Assembly: GCA_965231145.1 (NCBI GenBank)
Contig: OZ246420.1
Location: forward strand, 810,001-842,000
Length of the DNA stretch: 32,000 nucleotides
Source: Candidatus Saccharimonadota bacterium
Lineage (GTDB): Bacteria > Patescibacteriota > Gracilibacteria > Absconditabacterales > Absconditicoccaceae
Direction: 5' to 3'
The number at the start of each line of letters is the position of its first letter. Within the stretch, counting starts at the first letter, position 1. The notes under the pieces were generated by a model. The model searched no databases. It had not been told where the DNA came from and saw nothing but the letters and a program-made list of their open reading frames with translations. Positions 9,188 through 19,234 of the stretch are shown in pieces. The position numbers were made by a program, and so were the translations under genes.

Positions 9188-9303
9188 TTACTAATTAAAC
9201 AAAGGTACAAAGCTCTTTTTCATACGAACACAACCAACCCTATCTATTATCTTTCCTGAGTAAAGGAAGATATTTTTTATCTCATGCTTTTATATGTTTT
9301 TGA

Positions 9304-9330
9304 TAAAAAAAAGATGCACGATGTGCATCT
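9304..9330 (-). terminator. Rho-independent terminator of ychF
   Basis: Perfect 8-bp stem AGATGCAC-GAT-GTGCATCT, followed on the minus strand by T8. It lies about 27 nt after the ychF TAA. Confidence 0.8.
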
Positions 9331-9356
9331 ATGAAATATGAAATGATGAAATATAT

Positions 9357-10451
9357 TTATCCTCAAATTTTAAATGTGATGATATCTCACTCCTGTACGA
9401 TATACTCTTTTCACTCTAAACGGAGATATCATTTTTCTCTCGACTGTCATCGTCCTCCCGCCTCAATAAATTTATCATATGACACAACTTCTGCTTTGAT
9501 AAACTTTTTTTCAAAGTCCGTATGGATGGCTGCAGCTGCCTGAGGCGCGCGAGATCACTTTTCGATCGTCCATGCGCGCGTCTCCTTTTCTCCTGTCGTA
9601 AAGTAGTACATAAGACCAAGCGTATCAAACGCAACTGCGATCATATCATCGAGCGTCGGAACATCTTTATCCGGATGCATATCTGCGATAAACTCTTTTC
9701 TTTCTTCCGGAGAAAATCCTAACATCTCTGATTCTATTTTTGCACAGACTATCGCCACCGGGCGATGAAGCTTCGCTTCAAATTCTTTTTTGATAGCTTC
9801 TGCATTTGCGAGATCGTCCTGCGATACATTGATAGCATAGACAAATGGTTTGAAGGTAAGAAGGTTATAACTTCTGAGAAGATCGAGAGCTTCACCCACA
9901 AATTCATCTTTTACTTCGTATGCAAGCTTTCCCTGCATGAGTGCATCGTAAATAGTTTTCAAAACAGGATAGAGCTTCCCTGCTTCCTTATCTCCTGTTC
10001 TTGCTCTCTTTTCAAGCGAAGGAAGTTTTGGTTCGATCTGTTCTATATCAGACATGATAAGTTCAGTATTGATGATCTCAACATCACGAAACGGATCAAC
10101 TGTACCTTCGACGTGCATCACGTCTCCATCGCCAAAGTGACGAAGTACCTGTACGATCGCATCTACCTCACGAATATGTGCAAGAAATTTATTTCCGAGT
10201 CACTCCCCTTTTGACGCTCACTTTACAAGCCCTGCAATATCTACGAACTTAATAGCCGCATAGACTTTTTTCTGTGTATTGGAAATTTCTGAAAGCTTAT
10301 CAATTCTTTCATCAACAACATCTACGATACCAACATTTGGTTCGATCGTACAAAATGGAAAATTTGCTGCATCTGCCGCATATGTTTTTGTGAGTGCATT
10401 GAACAAGGTAGATTTTCCTACATTGGGCAATCATACAATACCTATTTTCAT
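9357..10451 (-). CDS. ychF: Ribosome-binding ATPase YchF (Obg-family GTPase)
   Basis: Two track fragments plus a C-terminal tail join in one frame across TGA codons at 10431, 10218, 10200, 9555 and four more in the tail. MKIGIVG(TGA)[19 protein letters not shown](TGA)ASKGEG(TGA)LGNKFL, and C-terminal [31 protein letters not shown]...YLRLEGKEYIVQEGDIITFKIGG. Stop is TAA at 9357. Confidence 0.95.
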
Positions 10452-10576
10452 ACTAACAACTGAAAACTAAAAGCTCAAAACCTGAAACTCCTTTATCGTG
10501 TAGTTATAATAACAAAAAAGAGCCACTAGGACTCTTTTGATTATATATATGTTACATAAGATTACTATGCTTTTTC

Positions 10577-11251
10577 TTACTGTTCATCTTCTTCGTCATA
10601 ACGAGAACGCGCATCTGCAGGATTTATGATTTCTCAACCCCTTACCGCATATGCTCATCCTCACTGATTTCGCTGTCCTCACTCAGTAAAATACTGCGTA
10701 GAGCCCTCGGGAAATGATTTTACTTTTTCACCTTGATATGAAGATGCCATAAACGTATTTTCCAGTTCATATTCAGTCGCACTTATAACATCGTCTTTCG
10801 TATGCAAATTTGCAAATGCCTTATTAATGTGTTTATAGTGTCTTTCAAAACATCTTTCTCTACCTTCTTCTGATTTGCATCTCTTTATTCCATAGATCAA
10901 AGATTTTACATTTGTATATCCCCCATAACGTTCTTCTAACTCCATAATATGATTTTTAAATCACATGTCATGTGAGCGTAAGTACTCATAAATTTCATCC
11001 ATTGCCACTCCATACGAAGCACCCAAAAGATTTCCATAAGATTTTATCTTATTTCTAATTTCCTGAACAATCCTGAGCACTATCTGACGCTCTTCAAAAG
11101 AAAAATTCGGGCGCTCATTATTTCACGCTAAATAGATAAGTTTTCCGTTGGAAGTATTGTTATCTCTTCCTTGACGAGCATAATTACCTCCTAAAGCAGC
11201 TGAATGTGCCATACTATAATCTTTTGAGGGTATAAAGAATACGTAGCTCAT
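10577..11251 (-). CDS. Hypothetical protein (224 aa, Gly-rich acidic tail)
   Basis: Track fragment 10679..10945 extends both ways through TGA codons, from ATG at 11251 to TAA at 10577. No family recognised. Confidence 0.6.
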
Positions 11252-11365
11252 TATACTTTAATTATTGTTTTTGTCAATATCTCAAAAAAAGATAATATCG
11301 TCTTTCGAGAAATACTATCTTTTTTATATGAAGTTGCAAGAGTATAAAAGCACGCTTTTTACCTA

Positions 11366-13261
11366 CTATCTTTCAAAATTTAAGTGATAGGTTCTTCCAT
11401 CGGGAGTTCCATTATCTATTTTAATAGGATGGTCAGCAGCATAAGCTTTATATTGTTGGAGAAGCTGAGCGGGAGAGATATTACGACCACGGGCACCCGC
11501 TTGAATACGAAGGTATGGCTCAGCGATAGTCATATATGCTTTATATGCATGCATATGCGGATCTATTTCTGTCGGGGTAAATGTGAGTATCGTATCTACT
11601 GATAATGGTCTACCTCCAAGTTTTGCTCTCACTACATTTGTTGTAGTTCACGCGTTTGCAGCAATCGACTCTATAGTATCACCCGGAACTACTACATAGC
11701 GCATAGGATATATATTTGGCAGATTCCATAACGTCTCAAGATACGTTTGTATGTCACGAGTAAGATGTTCACGGATAAATGTCTGAGCTTCAGCAGCCTT
11801 AGCATGAATACCCTTTGGCAAGTGTTCTGGATAAGGGATACTTACTAAGGGACGTCCCATAGTTTCTGGTCTTGCAGAAGGAATGTCTATAATACGAGTA
11901 GATGTTTCAATAGTCGTTTGTGGTCTTACTTCTACGCTCGATCTTGGGGTATATGTATCTTCCGATCTTTGTGGCGGTGCCACATCTGGAAGAAGTGGTC
12001 CTACATAACTACGGATATATGCTTGCAACAGTTGACCACCCTTCAAAGTAGGATCAAGCGTGATGCGCTGATCATAACCATCAACTGCTTTTTGTGCGTC
12101 TGCTACTTTTTGTTCCCATATAGCTTTTTGTTTCGTCCATATAGCTACCTTTTCAGGGCGAGCCGCTCAACGAACTTCAGCTTGATCACCTACGGCTGGT
12201 TTCAATAATTTTCCATTTGTTGCTTCATCGAGGCTTTTTTCCACACGTGCAAGCTCTGCTTTTGCAGCATTGAGAGCTTTCTTATCTCCGTCAAAAGTAT
12301 GAAGACCCTTATCTTCTTCACGCCTTGCTTCGATCAAAAGTGTATTGATAGCGTTAGGATCTTCTTTCTGAATTAAGCTTAACAAAGATTGTGCTCTTGC
12401 CATCTCATTTCTCTTATAGTCATTTGTCCCTGATGACGCTTTTGCTTCATCGAGGATACTGTTCGCTTCCTTAAGAAACTTCTTCGCAACATATGCATAG
12501 ACAGGATTTTCAGCCTGTCCCGCTTTCATATCATATTTTGCAGCTTGCGCAGCAGCTCCCCTATAAAATCTCATAGCCTGGAGCCAGTCTCACTGAGCAA
12601 ACATAGCGTCACCAGCTTTTTGAAGCTTATCTGATGGCTCATCAAGCATGATCTCCTGCTCGTTTGCGGCTTCTTTCTTTTGCTTTTCATCGTTTTGCCA
12701 TTCTGGAGAAAGATATCTTGTGAGTCTTTCAAGGGTCTTCTGGTCAAGTTTTCCTGTTACTGGAAGTCATTTTTCCTGTTGAAAAGATTTGACCATGTTT
12801 TCAGTCTCACCTCCTACACGCATGACACCGTCTACTTTCGTAGTTTTTCCTGCTCTATTGAGCGCAATCTGTACAGGCAAGACGATAGAAGCATCATTCA
12901 TGTTCAATGTTGCCATTTGTCTGCCACCCTGCATCTCAGCAATCACAGTATCCATCCTTCTGTTCATCTGTTCGAGGGTGATCTTTCCTGTGATCGCATT
13001 ACCGTATTCAAGAGAAAGGTTGTGTATTTTTTCATTGTGCTGATCAATAATGTTGCGACGTAGATCCGTCAGTTCGCGTCTCGTATTTCTTGTCACTTCC
13101 GCCTGCTCTCTCGCCATCTTTGTTTCCATATCAGAAAATTTTGCCTCCAACTCAGCTCTATCTGCACGATCGGGAATATATGCATCCAAAATCTGTTGGT
13201 TGGCTCTCCTATTGGTGATATCGACTCTGATATCTTTGTTTTCCGGACCTTTATAACCCAT
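11366..13261 (-). CDS. 631-aa protein with a PG_binding_1-like domain and a C-terminal LysM-like domain
   Basis: Four track fragments (12767..13297, 12167..12574, 11648..12046, 11366..11632) share one frame and join across TGA with no TAA or TAG. I checked this codon by codon. LPVQIALNRAGKTTKVDGVMRVGGETENMVKSFQQEKG(TGA)LPVTGKLDQKTLERL fits the peptidoglycan-binding repeat. YVVVPGDTIESIAANAG is LysM-like. ATG at 13261, with TAG upstream at 13298. Stop is TAG at 11366. No signal peptide is evident. Confidence 0.8.
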
Positions 13262-13428
13262 GGTCAATGTGTGCAAAATTGAAGTAAATATACACAACTA
13301 TTATAATTGCGCCACGGGTGAATGCAAAAAGAGGTCCCCTACTTGACCAGACACAGGAGAAGTCGCATTCTCATTATATAATATATATGTATAACATGTG
13401 TTCTAAACATTTACATACCCATTTTCTA

Positions 13429-13458
13429 TAAAAAAAACTCCTATCAAAAGATAGGAGT
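13429..13458 (-). terminator. Rho-independent terminator of the 13497..14057 gene
   Basis: Perfect 9-bp stem ACTCCTATC-AAAA-GATAGGAGT, followed on the minus strand by a T-run. Confidence 0.8.
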
Positions 13459-13496
13459 TCGCATAGATAACATATATTATTGCGTAGTACAAATAA

Positions 13497-14057
13497 TTAT
13501 TTACATCCACAATCTTTTACCGGCGGCGCTTTAGGCGTAACGCGTTCCAATTTAGGCTTTTTACGGGGTGGCGTCTCATTTTCTTCTACAACAACAGGCT
13601 TTGGCTTATCCACACGAGGTGGCGGCAATGGATCTGCATCACGCTTTTTTATCACATTTGTCGGAGGTGGCGTTGTTTCTTTTGGTGGCGGCGCTGTTTT
13701 AATTCTTCTGCTATTACGATCAAAGCTCCCACCGCTTGGTCTCGTAGGCGAGGGAGTCGGTGTCTCTGGCGCTGGGGATGTCGCCGGATATGAAGAGACA
13801 GGAATATGCTTTTCTTTCACATCCGGACTAGCACCGACTATAGTGGCCGTAATTTCCTGATGTAAAGCACTAAGATGTACTACTGTTTCTTTTACCACTC
13901 CTCTCTGTTCTGTATTACTCTTTTTTTCTATTTTAACAAATTCTCCTGCGACGAGCTTTTGTTCTTTCACAGGCAATGGCGCATTTAAGATTTGTTCATT
14001 GTGTGATGTTTTTTTTAGACTCACACTTCTCTCTCTATTTTCTAGATCTTTACCCAT
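13497..14057 (-). CDS. Proline-rich hypothetical protein (186 aa)
   Basis: Intact ORF with TAA stop. The C-terminal half is low-complexity and P/T/K-rich (PAPETPTPSPTRP, TAPPPKETTPPPT, PLPPPRVDKPKP) and ends in CGCK. The antisense ORF 13480..13860 is judged to be its shadow. Confidence 0.65.
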   Translation of the reverse strand: MGKDLENRERSVSLKKTSHNEQILNAPLPVKEQKLVAGEFVKIEKKSNTEQRGVVKETVVHLSALHQEITATIVGASPDVKEKHIPVSSYPATSPAPETPTPSPTRPSGGSFDRNSRRIKTAPPPKETTPPPTNVIKKRDADPLPPPRVDKPKPVVVEENETPPRKKPKLERVTPKAPPVKDCGCK

Positions 14058-14278
14058 GAGTGACTTAAGACATATTAAATGAATATAATTCTATTATAAC
14101 TGAGAACCTTCAAAGACGCAAAAATGCATAGCAAATAGGATGATATAAGATGGTATCACACATTCTCATTCTCATATTGATATATATAATACGTCTTCAC
14201 GCAAAGATAAGAATGCAAAGAGAACATGCTGGCGTAGTGCACAATTTGGTTGCATTTACCTTATTTTTTGCTAAATAA

Positions 14279-14287
14279 TGATATAAT
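14279..14287 (+). promoter_or_regulatory. Possible extended -10 promoter element for the 14378.. operon
   Basis: TGaTATAAT lies about 90 nt upstream of the ATG at 14378. No good -35 at proper spacing. Confidence 0.35.
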
Positions 14288-14377
14288 GTAGTGTAGCGTT
14301 TCCAAACGCCGTGTCGCGTTTGATTGTTTTCTTTTAGGTATATTATCTCGAAAAGGATGGTCATATTGTATGAGATT

Positions 14378-14656
14378 ATGAAAACAGCATTTTTGCTGGT
14401 AACAGTCTTGGTAGCCATATTTTTTCTTAGAGGAAATTATATCATGCCTCATGAGACATTTACATTTCTCGGCAAGATTCTGCTCCCGTTATATCTCATC
14501 ATGTGTGGTATCATGATCGGCTATATTATAGCCCAGATCATGCTCGCCAAAGGCGAGGAAAACATATCAGTATCCCAGATGTATGTAAAAGCCTTTACGA
14601 TCGGTATCATTATCGGCGTCATAGGAGCTCTTCTTTATATTTTCTTTGGACAGTAA
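14378..14656 (+). CDS. Small integral membrane protein (92 aa, about 3 TM segments)
   Basis: Hydrophobic ORF. The start was moved to MKTAFLLVTVLVAIFF. Stop is TAA, 1 nt before the next gene's ATG. Confidence 0.7.
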   Translation: MKTAFLLVTVLVAIFFLRGNYIMPHETFTFLGKILLPLYLIMCGIMIGYIIAQIMLAKGEENISVSQMYVKAFTIGIIIGVIGALLYIFFGQ

Positions 14657-14657
14657 T

Positions 14658-15185
14658 ATGAAACGCGCCTCGTTAGTAATCATAAGTGTGTGTACGATAC
14701 TGCTGGCCGGATGTACCACAAGTGGTAAAGCAATTATAACCTTTGACGGATTGAGCATGAGCATATCGCAAGATTATACAGCATTAAGCAATGCGCAGCT
14801 CGATAGTTATCAAATCATCAATAAAATCCTCAAAATCTATAGAGCCGGGACCACAACGCTCATCGTTGCAAGAAGCTCCCTTACTGCTACACTGACTCCT
14901 CAAGCATACGCTGACATCTCAAAAGAGAAAATTGCACAGACGACGCCCGGATATGAACACATCGATGATGGCACAGTAAGTTTCTCATGTGGTGAGGATA
15001 AAATACAAGGTTACACGCATAAGTTTGCTATCACAGATATACAGCAGGAAAATCCTAGTAAAGTCTATCTCATCCAATACTACTTCATCGCGCAAGGCAT
15101 CCCCTATATCATCTCGCAGGCGGATGCAAATAGCAGCCACTACTCTGACTTTACATCAATCATCAATTCGTTACATTGTAACTAA
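14658..15185 (+). CDS. Lipoprotein (lipobox LLAGC)
   Basis: MKRASLVIISVCTILLAGCTTSGK is a signal peptide plus lipobox cysteine. 175 aa, TAA stop. Confidence 0.8.
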   Translation: MKRASLVIISVCTILLAGCTTSGKAIITFDGLSMSISQDYTALSNAQLDSYQIINKILKIYRAGTTTLIVARSSLTATLTPQAYADISKEKIAQTTPGYEHIDDGTVSFSCGEDKIQGYTHKFAITDIQQENPSKVYLIQYYFIAQGIPYIISQADANSSHYSDFTSIINSLHCN

Positions 15186-15223
15186 ACATACGATAAAAAT
15201 ATTTAGCTTATAAGCACTTGTGA

Positions 15224-15994
15224 ATGCCTAAAAACGATAAGTTAATGAAGATCGATAATGAACCGCACAATAATACGTGATGGCAGATATTTGCGAAAGC
15301 AGGTATCGGACTCGCTGTAGGAGTGATCATTGCATTTCTTATTTTCATCATCCTGTTCCTTGCGAGCAGCATGTTTACGCAAGCACTCAAGAGTACGATC
15401 AATAGTCCTGGAGTTGCTAATACGGTCAATCCTCTCTTGCCACTCGTACTTGTCATCATCGCGTTCATCGCGACATTTGTGGGAAGTGTTATCCTCAGCG
15501 GTCTCTACAATCTTTTCTATAGCAATAAATATTATGATCTCGGAAAAACATTTAGCGTATCTCTTCTTACAAACATCTTCCTGTTCTTCCTGATCATCCC
15601 ACTCTACATGATGTTCTACCAAAACATCAATACACTTTTCTATCTTCTTGGGTTTCATATCCTCTTCGCCATTTTTGTCAGTTACTCACAGGGTGAATTT
15701 ATTACCAACCCGAACTACTCATCATCTCACATGATCGGTACGATGATCGGAACATCTGTTTCTATGATAGTATTTGTTCTGGCAGCAAAATATTTTAATG
15801 GAAATCAGAATATGCTTCTTATGCCATCTATCCTTGGTTATATGCTTATCCCTTTCTTTCACGCGCTCTGGGAAAAGATCTACTACAAGTTCTATGAAAA
15901 TGGGAACAACTTTCTTTTCCTCCCATCTCTCAACGAGATCATTGCAGATGAAGAAAATGTGACGACAAATGATGATATTACCGTGGAGTCATAA
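15224..15994 (+). CDS. Polytopic integral membrane protein (about 256 aa)
   Basis: Track ORF 15323..15994 extends upstream through TGA at 15278 to ATG at 15245 or 15224. There are at least six hydrophobic segments and an acidic C-terminal tail. Confidence 0.7.
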
Positions 15995-16068
15995 AAAACT
16001 TAAAACAGAAAGCTTAAATCTACAAAAGGTTTTCGCTCTAAGGTTTTAGCTTTAAGGTGTAAGTTACA

Positions 16069-16455
16069 ATGTTTAAAGTAAGGGCATTCCGTCATCTCTC
16101 ATTTTTAAAGCTGTGTATTGGTGCGACCCTTCTTGGAGTCGCATTTTTCACTATCAATGTGTATGAGGACCCAGGAATAGGCATAAGCCTCTTACTCTTT
16201 TGACTCTTCTTCCTTTCATGGGGAGCGAGCTTTTTTCTTTTTATGGCGTTACAAAAGTTTTTCCATCAACTTCCTTCTGAACCCCAGAAGAAAGAAAAAG
16301 AAAGTTATAAACTCTCCCTCTTTTTCTGACTCTATATTCTTATCAATATCATCCTGCTCATCCTGGAAAAACGAACGAAATGAAGTGGATTTTTATTACT
16401 TATCGTCTTTGTTATAGGACAGGTTATTTTATTTATCCAGCCACGCGATGCATAA
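16069..16455 (+). CDS. Small membrane protein (128 aa), absent from the standard-code ORF track
   Basis: ATG at 16069, TAA at 16453. Three in-frame TGA codons split it into sub-threshold pieces under the standard code. The table-25 translation has four hydrophobic helices (e.g. LKLCIGATLLGVAFFTI, ISLLLFGLFFLSWGASFFLFMAL). Confidence 0.6.
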
Positions 16456-16765
16456 TATCCAAGAGATGGAAGAGACCATCATAAGCCAGCTACAATGAGT
16501 GTATGACCCGGAATTTCCGCTTATTGATATCTATACAATGGGGCTGATCTATAAGATTACGATCGATACGGAAGAACATAATATCCATCTTCTTATGACA
16601 CTCACCTCTCCAAGCTGTCCTGCTGGAGATATCATCGAACAGATGATTCGCAACGCGATAATTAGTGTATACCCTGAGTGGATGCTGGAAATAGAAATCA
16701 CATTTGAACCACCACGAACCTATCATATGATGAAAGATGACGATTTGAAAAGAATGTTTGAATAG
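16448..16765 (+). CDS. DUF59/MIP18-family Fe-S cluster assembly protein (SufT/PaaD-like)
   Basis: LQG(TGA)VYDPEFPLIDIYTMGLIYKITID...HLLMTLTSPSCPAGDII is the DUF59 signature. ATG at 16448 overlaps the previous stop by 8 nt; ATG at 16466 is the alternative. Stop is TAG. Confidence 0.82.
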
Positions 16766-16791
16766 GTGTTTATTTGCTCTATTGTTCCTCT

Positions 16792-18144
16792 ATGAAGCAA
16801 TTGTCAATGTGAATAGTAGTATGTGCAATGGCGCTTTTCTCCTATACTTATGCAGCACAAACAAGCATCTCTTTTACCATACTTCCTCTGCCAGGAAGCG
16901 GAGACATAACACCACCACCGGTTACTGGAGAGATCATCACTGGAGGTACTATGAGCGGAGGCAATAATATCCCTCTGCAATTTGCAGGCGGACGCAATAT
17001 TTCCAATGGACGAGGAAATACAATCAGCGGATTTGTCCTGTGAAGCGCACCAGACACATGAGATCTACAAGAAATGGACACAGTGACGCTTATCGAATGG
17101 GGAAAACATTATGGCCTCATAAGCGGAGAAAGCGAACTTCCTCAAACCATTAGCAGGCTAGATCTTGCAAGACTACTCACTCTTTTTGTACAAAATGTTT
17201 GGTCTATTGGTATCCATGACAACCCACGCTGTGATATGACGAAATATCAAGACTATCATACTATAACTCCTGAAGAGAGACAGTATGTTCAAGCTGCATG
17301 TAATCTGTGACTGATGGGCCGAAATGGCACAAGAACAGGCTTAACTATGAAATTTAATCCTCATCAGATCGTCACCAGAGATCAACTGGCTACTATCTTT
17401 TCAAGGCTGCTCTACGGAAATGCTTATGATAATAAATCCGCGGACAAGTGGTACGAATGACATATGCGCATCATGCTTTCTGAAGGGTTTATCACCAAAC
17501 CAAACCCATCTATCATAGAGAGCACGAGTAATATCCTTACCATCCTCAGGAGAATCGCAAGGGCCATACCAAATGGAACTATTATGATCAATACATCGGC
17601 TGCGACTCCAAGGACAGGAGATGAATTACAGAAAGCATATGATCGGGCGAAAGAACATCAGATAACTCCGCTCCCTTCTTATGATACATGAGTACTCTAT
17701 AAAGAACTTTCAAGAGGCGATCTGGCGCACATGCTTACTATGTTTTCAAAAAACATCCTCGGGAAGATAAGTATCTGAACAGATGCGTGTACGATAGAGA
17801 ACTATAGTGATTTTACAGGAATGTCTGCAAATCTCAGCGCAGACATAAAAGAAGTGTGCAATCTTTGACTGATGGGCAGAACTGGAAGTGGCAGCATGCT
17901 AGCGGCCTTTAGGCCATATGATATCGTCATAAGGGCAGAACTTGGCGCGGTGCTCTCAAGAATGCTCTATGGCAACACCTACGACCATGTAGCTGAAGGG
18001 AAAGCATGGTATGAGGAGCATTTACATGCACTCTTGATCGCAGGATACCTCACTAAAATAGATACTCCTCTCATGACAGAGCGCTATGGATATGTGCTTA
18101 TCATTCTACAAAGAATGGCAAAAAAATTACAGCCTTCTTTATAG
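16792..18144 (+). CDS. Secreted protein with two SLH (S-layer homology)-like domains
   Basis: Four track fragments (16828, 17074, 17464, 17872) are in one frame and join across at least nine TGA codons. Signal peptide is MKQLSMG(TGA)IVVCAMALFSYTYAAQ. Two paralogous ~95-aa units are present: ...QYVQAACNLG(TGA)LMGRNGTRTGLTMKFNPHQIVTRDQLATIFSRLLYGNAYD and ...IKEVCNLG(TGA)LMGRTGSGSMLAAFRPYDIVIRAELGAVLSRMLYGNTYD. Stop is TAG at 18142. Confidence 0.75.
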
Positions 18145-18581
18145 GTGATTTTTCGCAATAAACCCTTAACTATCGGGTATTTTTCCCCTTCAACATTTGA
18201 CAGAATGGCTGAACAGAGCAAAAAGCTAATGAGTGTCTTCTTACTACGTGAGACGTCATTTGCCGGGATCAACGGTCGGTGTTACTTCGAGGCGATGAGT
18301 GTTATTTTCGCAAAAAATATAAACTACATATCACATACCCATGCTTTCTTGAGAAAATAATCATCTAAAACAAGGTACATACCATACTTTCAAACAAAAA
18401 TCTTTTTCTCATATAACAAACGTATATACGGACAAATATTTACAAGCAAAAATCCCTCAAAAATACGATCAGAGAGATATTTTAGCCTAAAATCTCCCCG
18501 TTTTTTTGACAATTTCTCAAATATGTATAAAATGATATAGTAAGAAAAAGTATATCGTATTTACATGATATTGTTACTTCT

Positions 18582-19181
18582 ATGAGTAAAGCAATCAGGA
18601 AAGTGCCAAGAATAATGATAGTGATGATATCAGCATTATTTTTGACATGTACCAATCCTTCGTTTACCGGCGCCAGTTCATCAAACGTTATCGTGAGTCT
18701 TCCTATCTCAGCAGGAACGGTGACTATATCAGCACCTGCTTCATTCGGATTTTCATCTATAAGTGTGGCGTTTGATGCTCAGCTTATTACCAATGACTTT
18801 ACGGGAACAGATAATCGTTTTATCATAAGCGACCTTAAAGGACATGATTCTGGATATACCACGACTCTCCAATTAACTGGAGACCTCGTATCTACAGGAG
18901 GGAGTTCTATCTCTTCAGGAAACGTCTATTTTAGATCTCTCGGTCCTACAGGATTTCTTTTGAGTGGTACTGCTAACCCTAGAGTTATCATAGACTCAGC
19001 AGCTACAGGCGGATACCAGCCTCTTAACAATACAAGAAATTTTATTTATAGAGATGAAGCACTCAATACAGGTGTACTCAGTGCATACTACCAAAATATC
19101 TCTATGCAAATATCGGTACCAGCATCTCAAGCAGCAGGTAACTATGTAGGAACTTTGGTCTATACACTTATCGAAAACTAA
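18582..19181 (+). CDS. Small secreted WxL-domain-like surface protein
   Basis: Intact 199-aa ORF with a signal peptide. The C-terminus ...AAGNYVGTLVYTLIEN* resembles the WxL-domain terminal motif (Y.G.L.W.L). The last ~115 aa align with the C-terminus of the giant protein at 20516..20860. Confidence 0.7.
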   Translation: MSKAIRKVPRIMIVMISALFLTCTNPSFTGASSSNVIVSLPISAGTVTISAPASFGFSSISVAFDAQLITNDFTGTDNRFIISDLKGHDSGYTTTLQLTGDLVSTGGSSISSGNVYFRSLGPTGFLLSGTANPRVIIDSAATGGYQPLNNTRNFIYRDEALNTGVLSAYYQNISMQISVPASQAAGNYVGTLVYTLIEN

Positions 19182-19198
19182 TCAATATTTCTTTCTCT

Positions 19199-19234
19199 AA
19201 AAAAAAGACTCTCAATTATGAGGTCTTTTTTTTC
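19199..19234. terminator. Bidirectional rho-independent terminator between convergent genes
   Basis: A-run, then AGAC(T)CTCA-ATTA-TGAGGTCT, then T-run. It serves 18582..19181 (+) and 19216..20424 (-), whose TAA lies in the hairpin loop. Confidence 0.75.

Noticed and set aside
304-10430. Fragmented housekeeping genes (tmk, ychF, O-methyltransferase) could be pseudogenes in a decaying genome
   Set aside because: All interruptions are TGA, never TAA or TAG, and there are no frameshifts. The TGA codons fall on conserved Gly positions, and reading through restores full-length family-typical proteins. Recoding explains this better than decay.
14197-14452. Minus-strand ORFs 14197..14418 and 14261..14452 in the 14058-14377 intergenic region
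   Set aside because: They overlap the promoter/leader and the start of the plus-strand membrane-protein operon. Their sequence is not protein-like and they have no start context.
18145-18360. 71-codon ORF in the same frame immediately after the TAG of the SLH gene (possible TAG readthrough)
   Set aside because: The translation has no SLH-like or other motif. It would need a GTG start or readthrough, and nothing supports TAG reassignment since other genes end in TAG cleanly. I treat it as non-coding.
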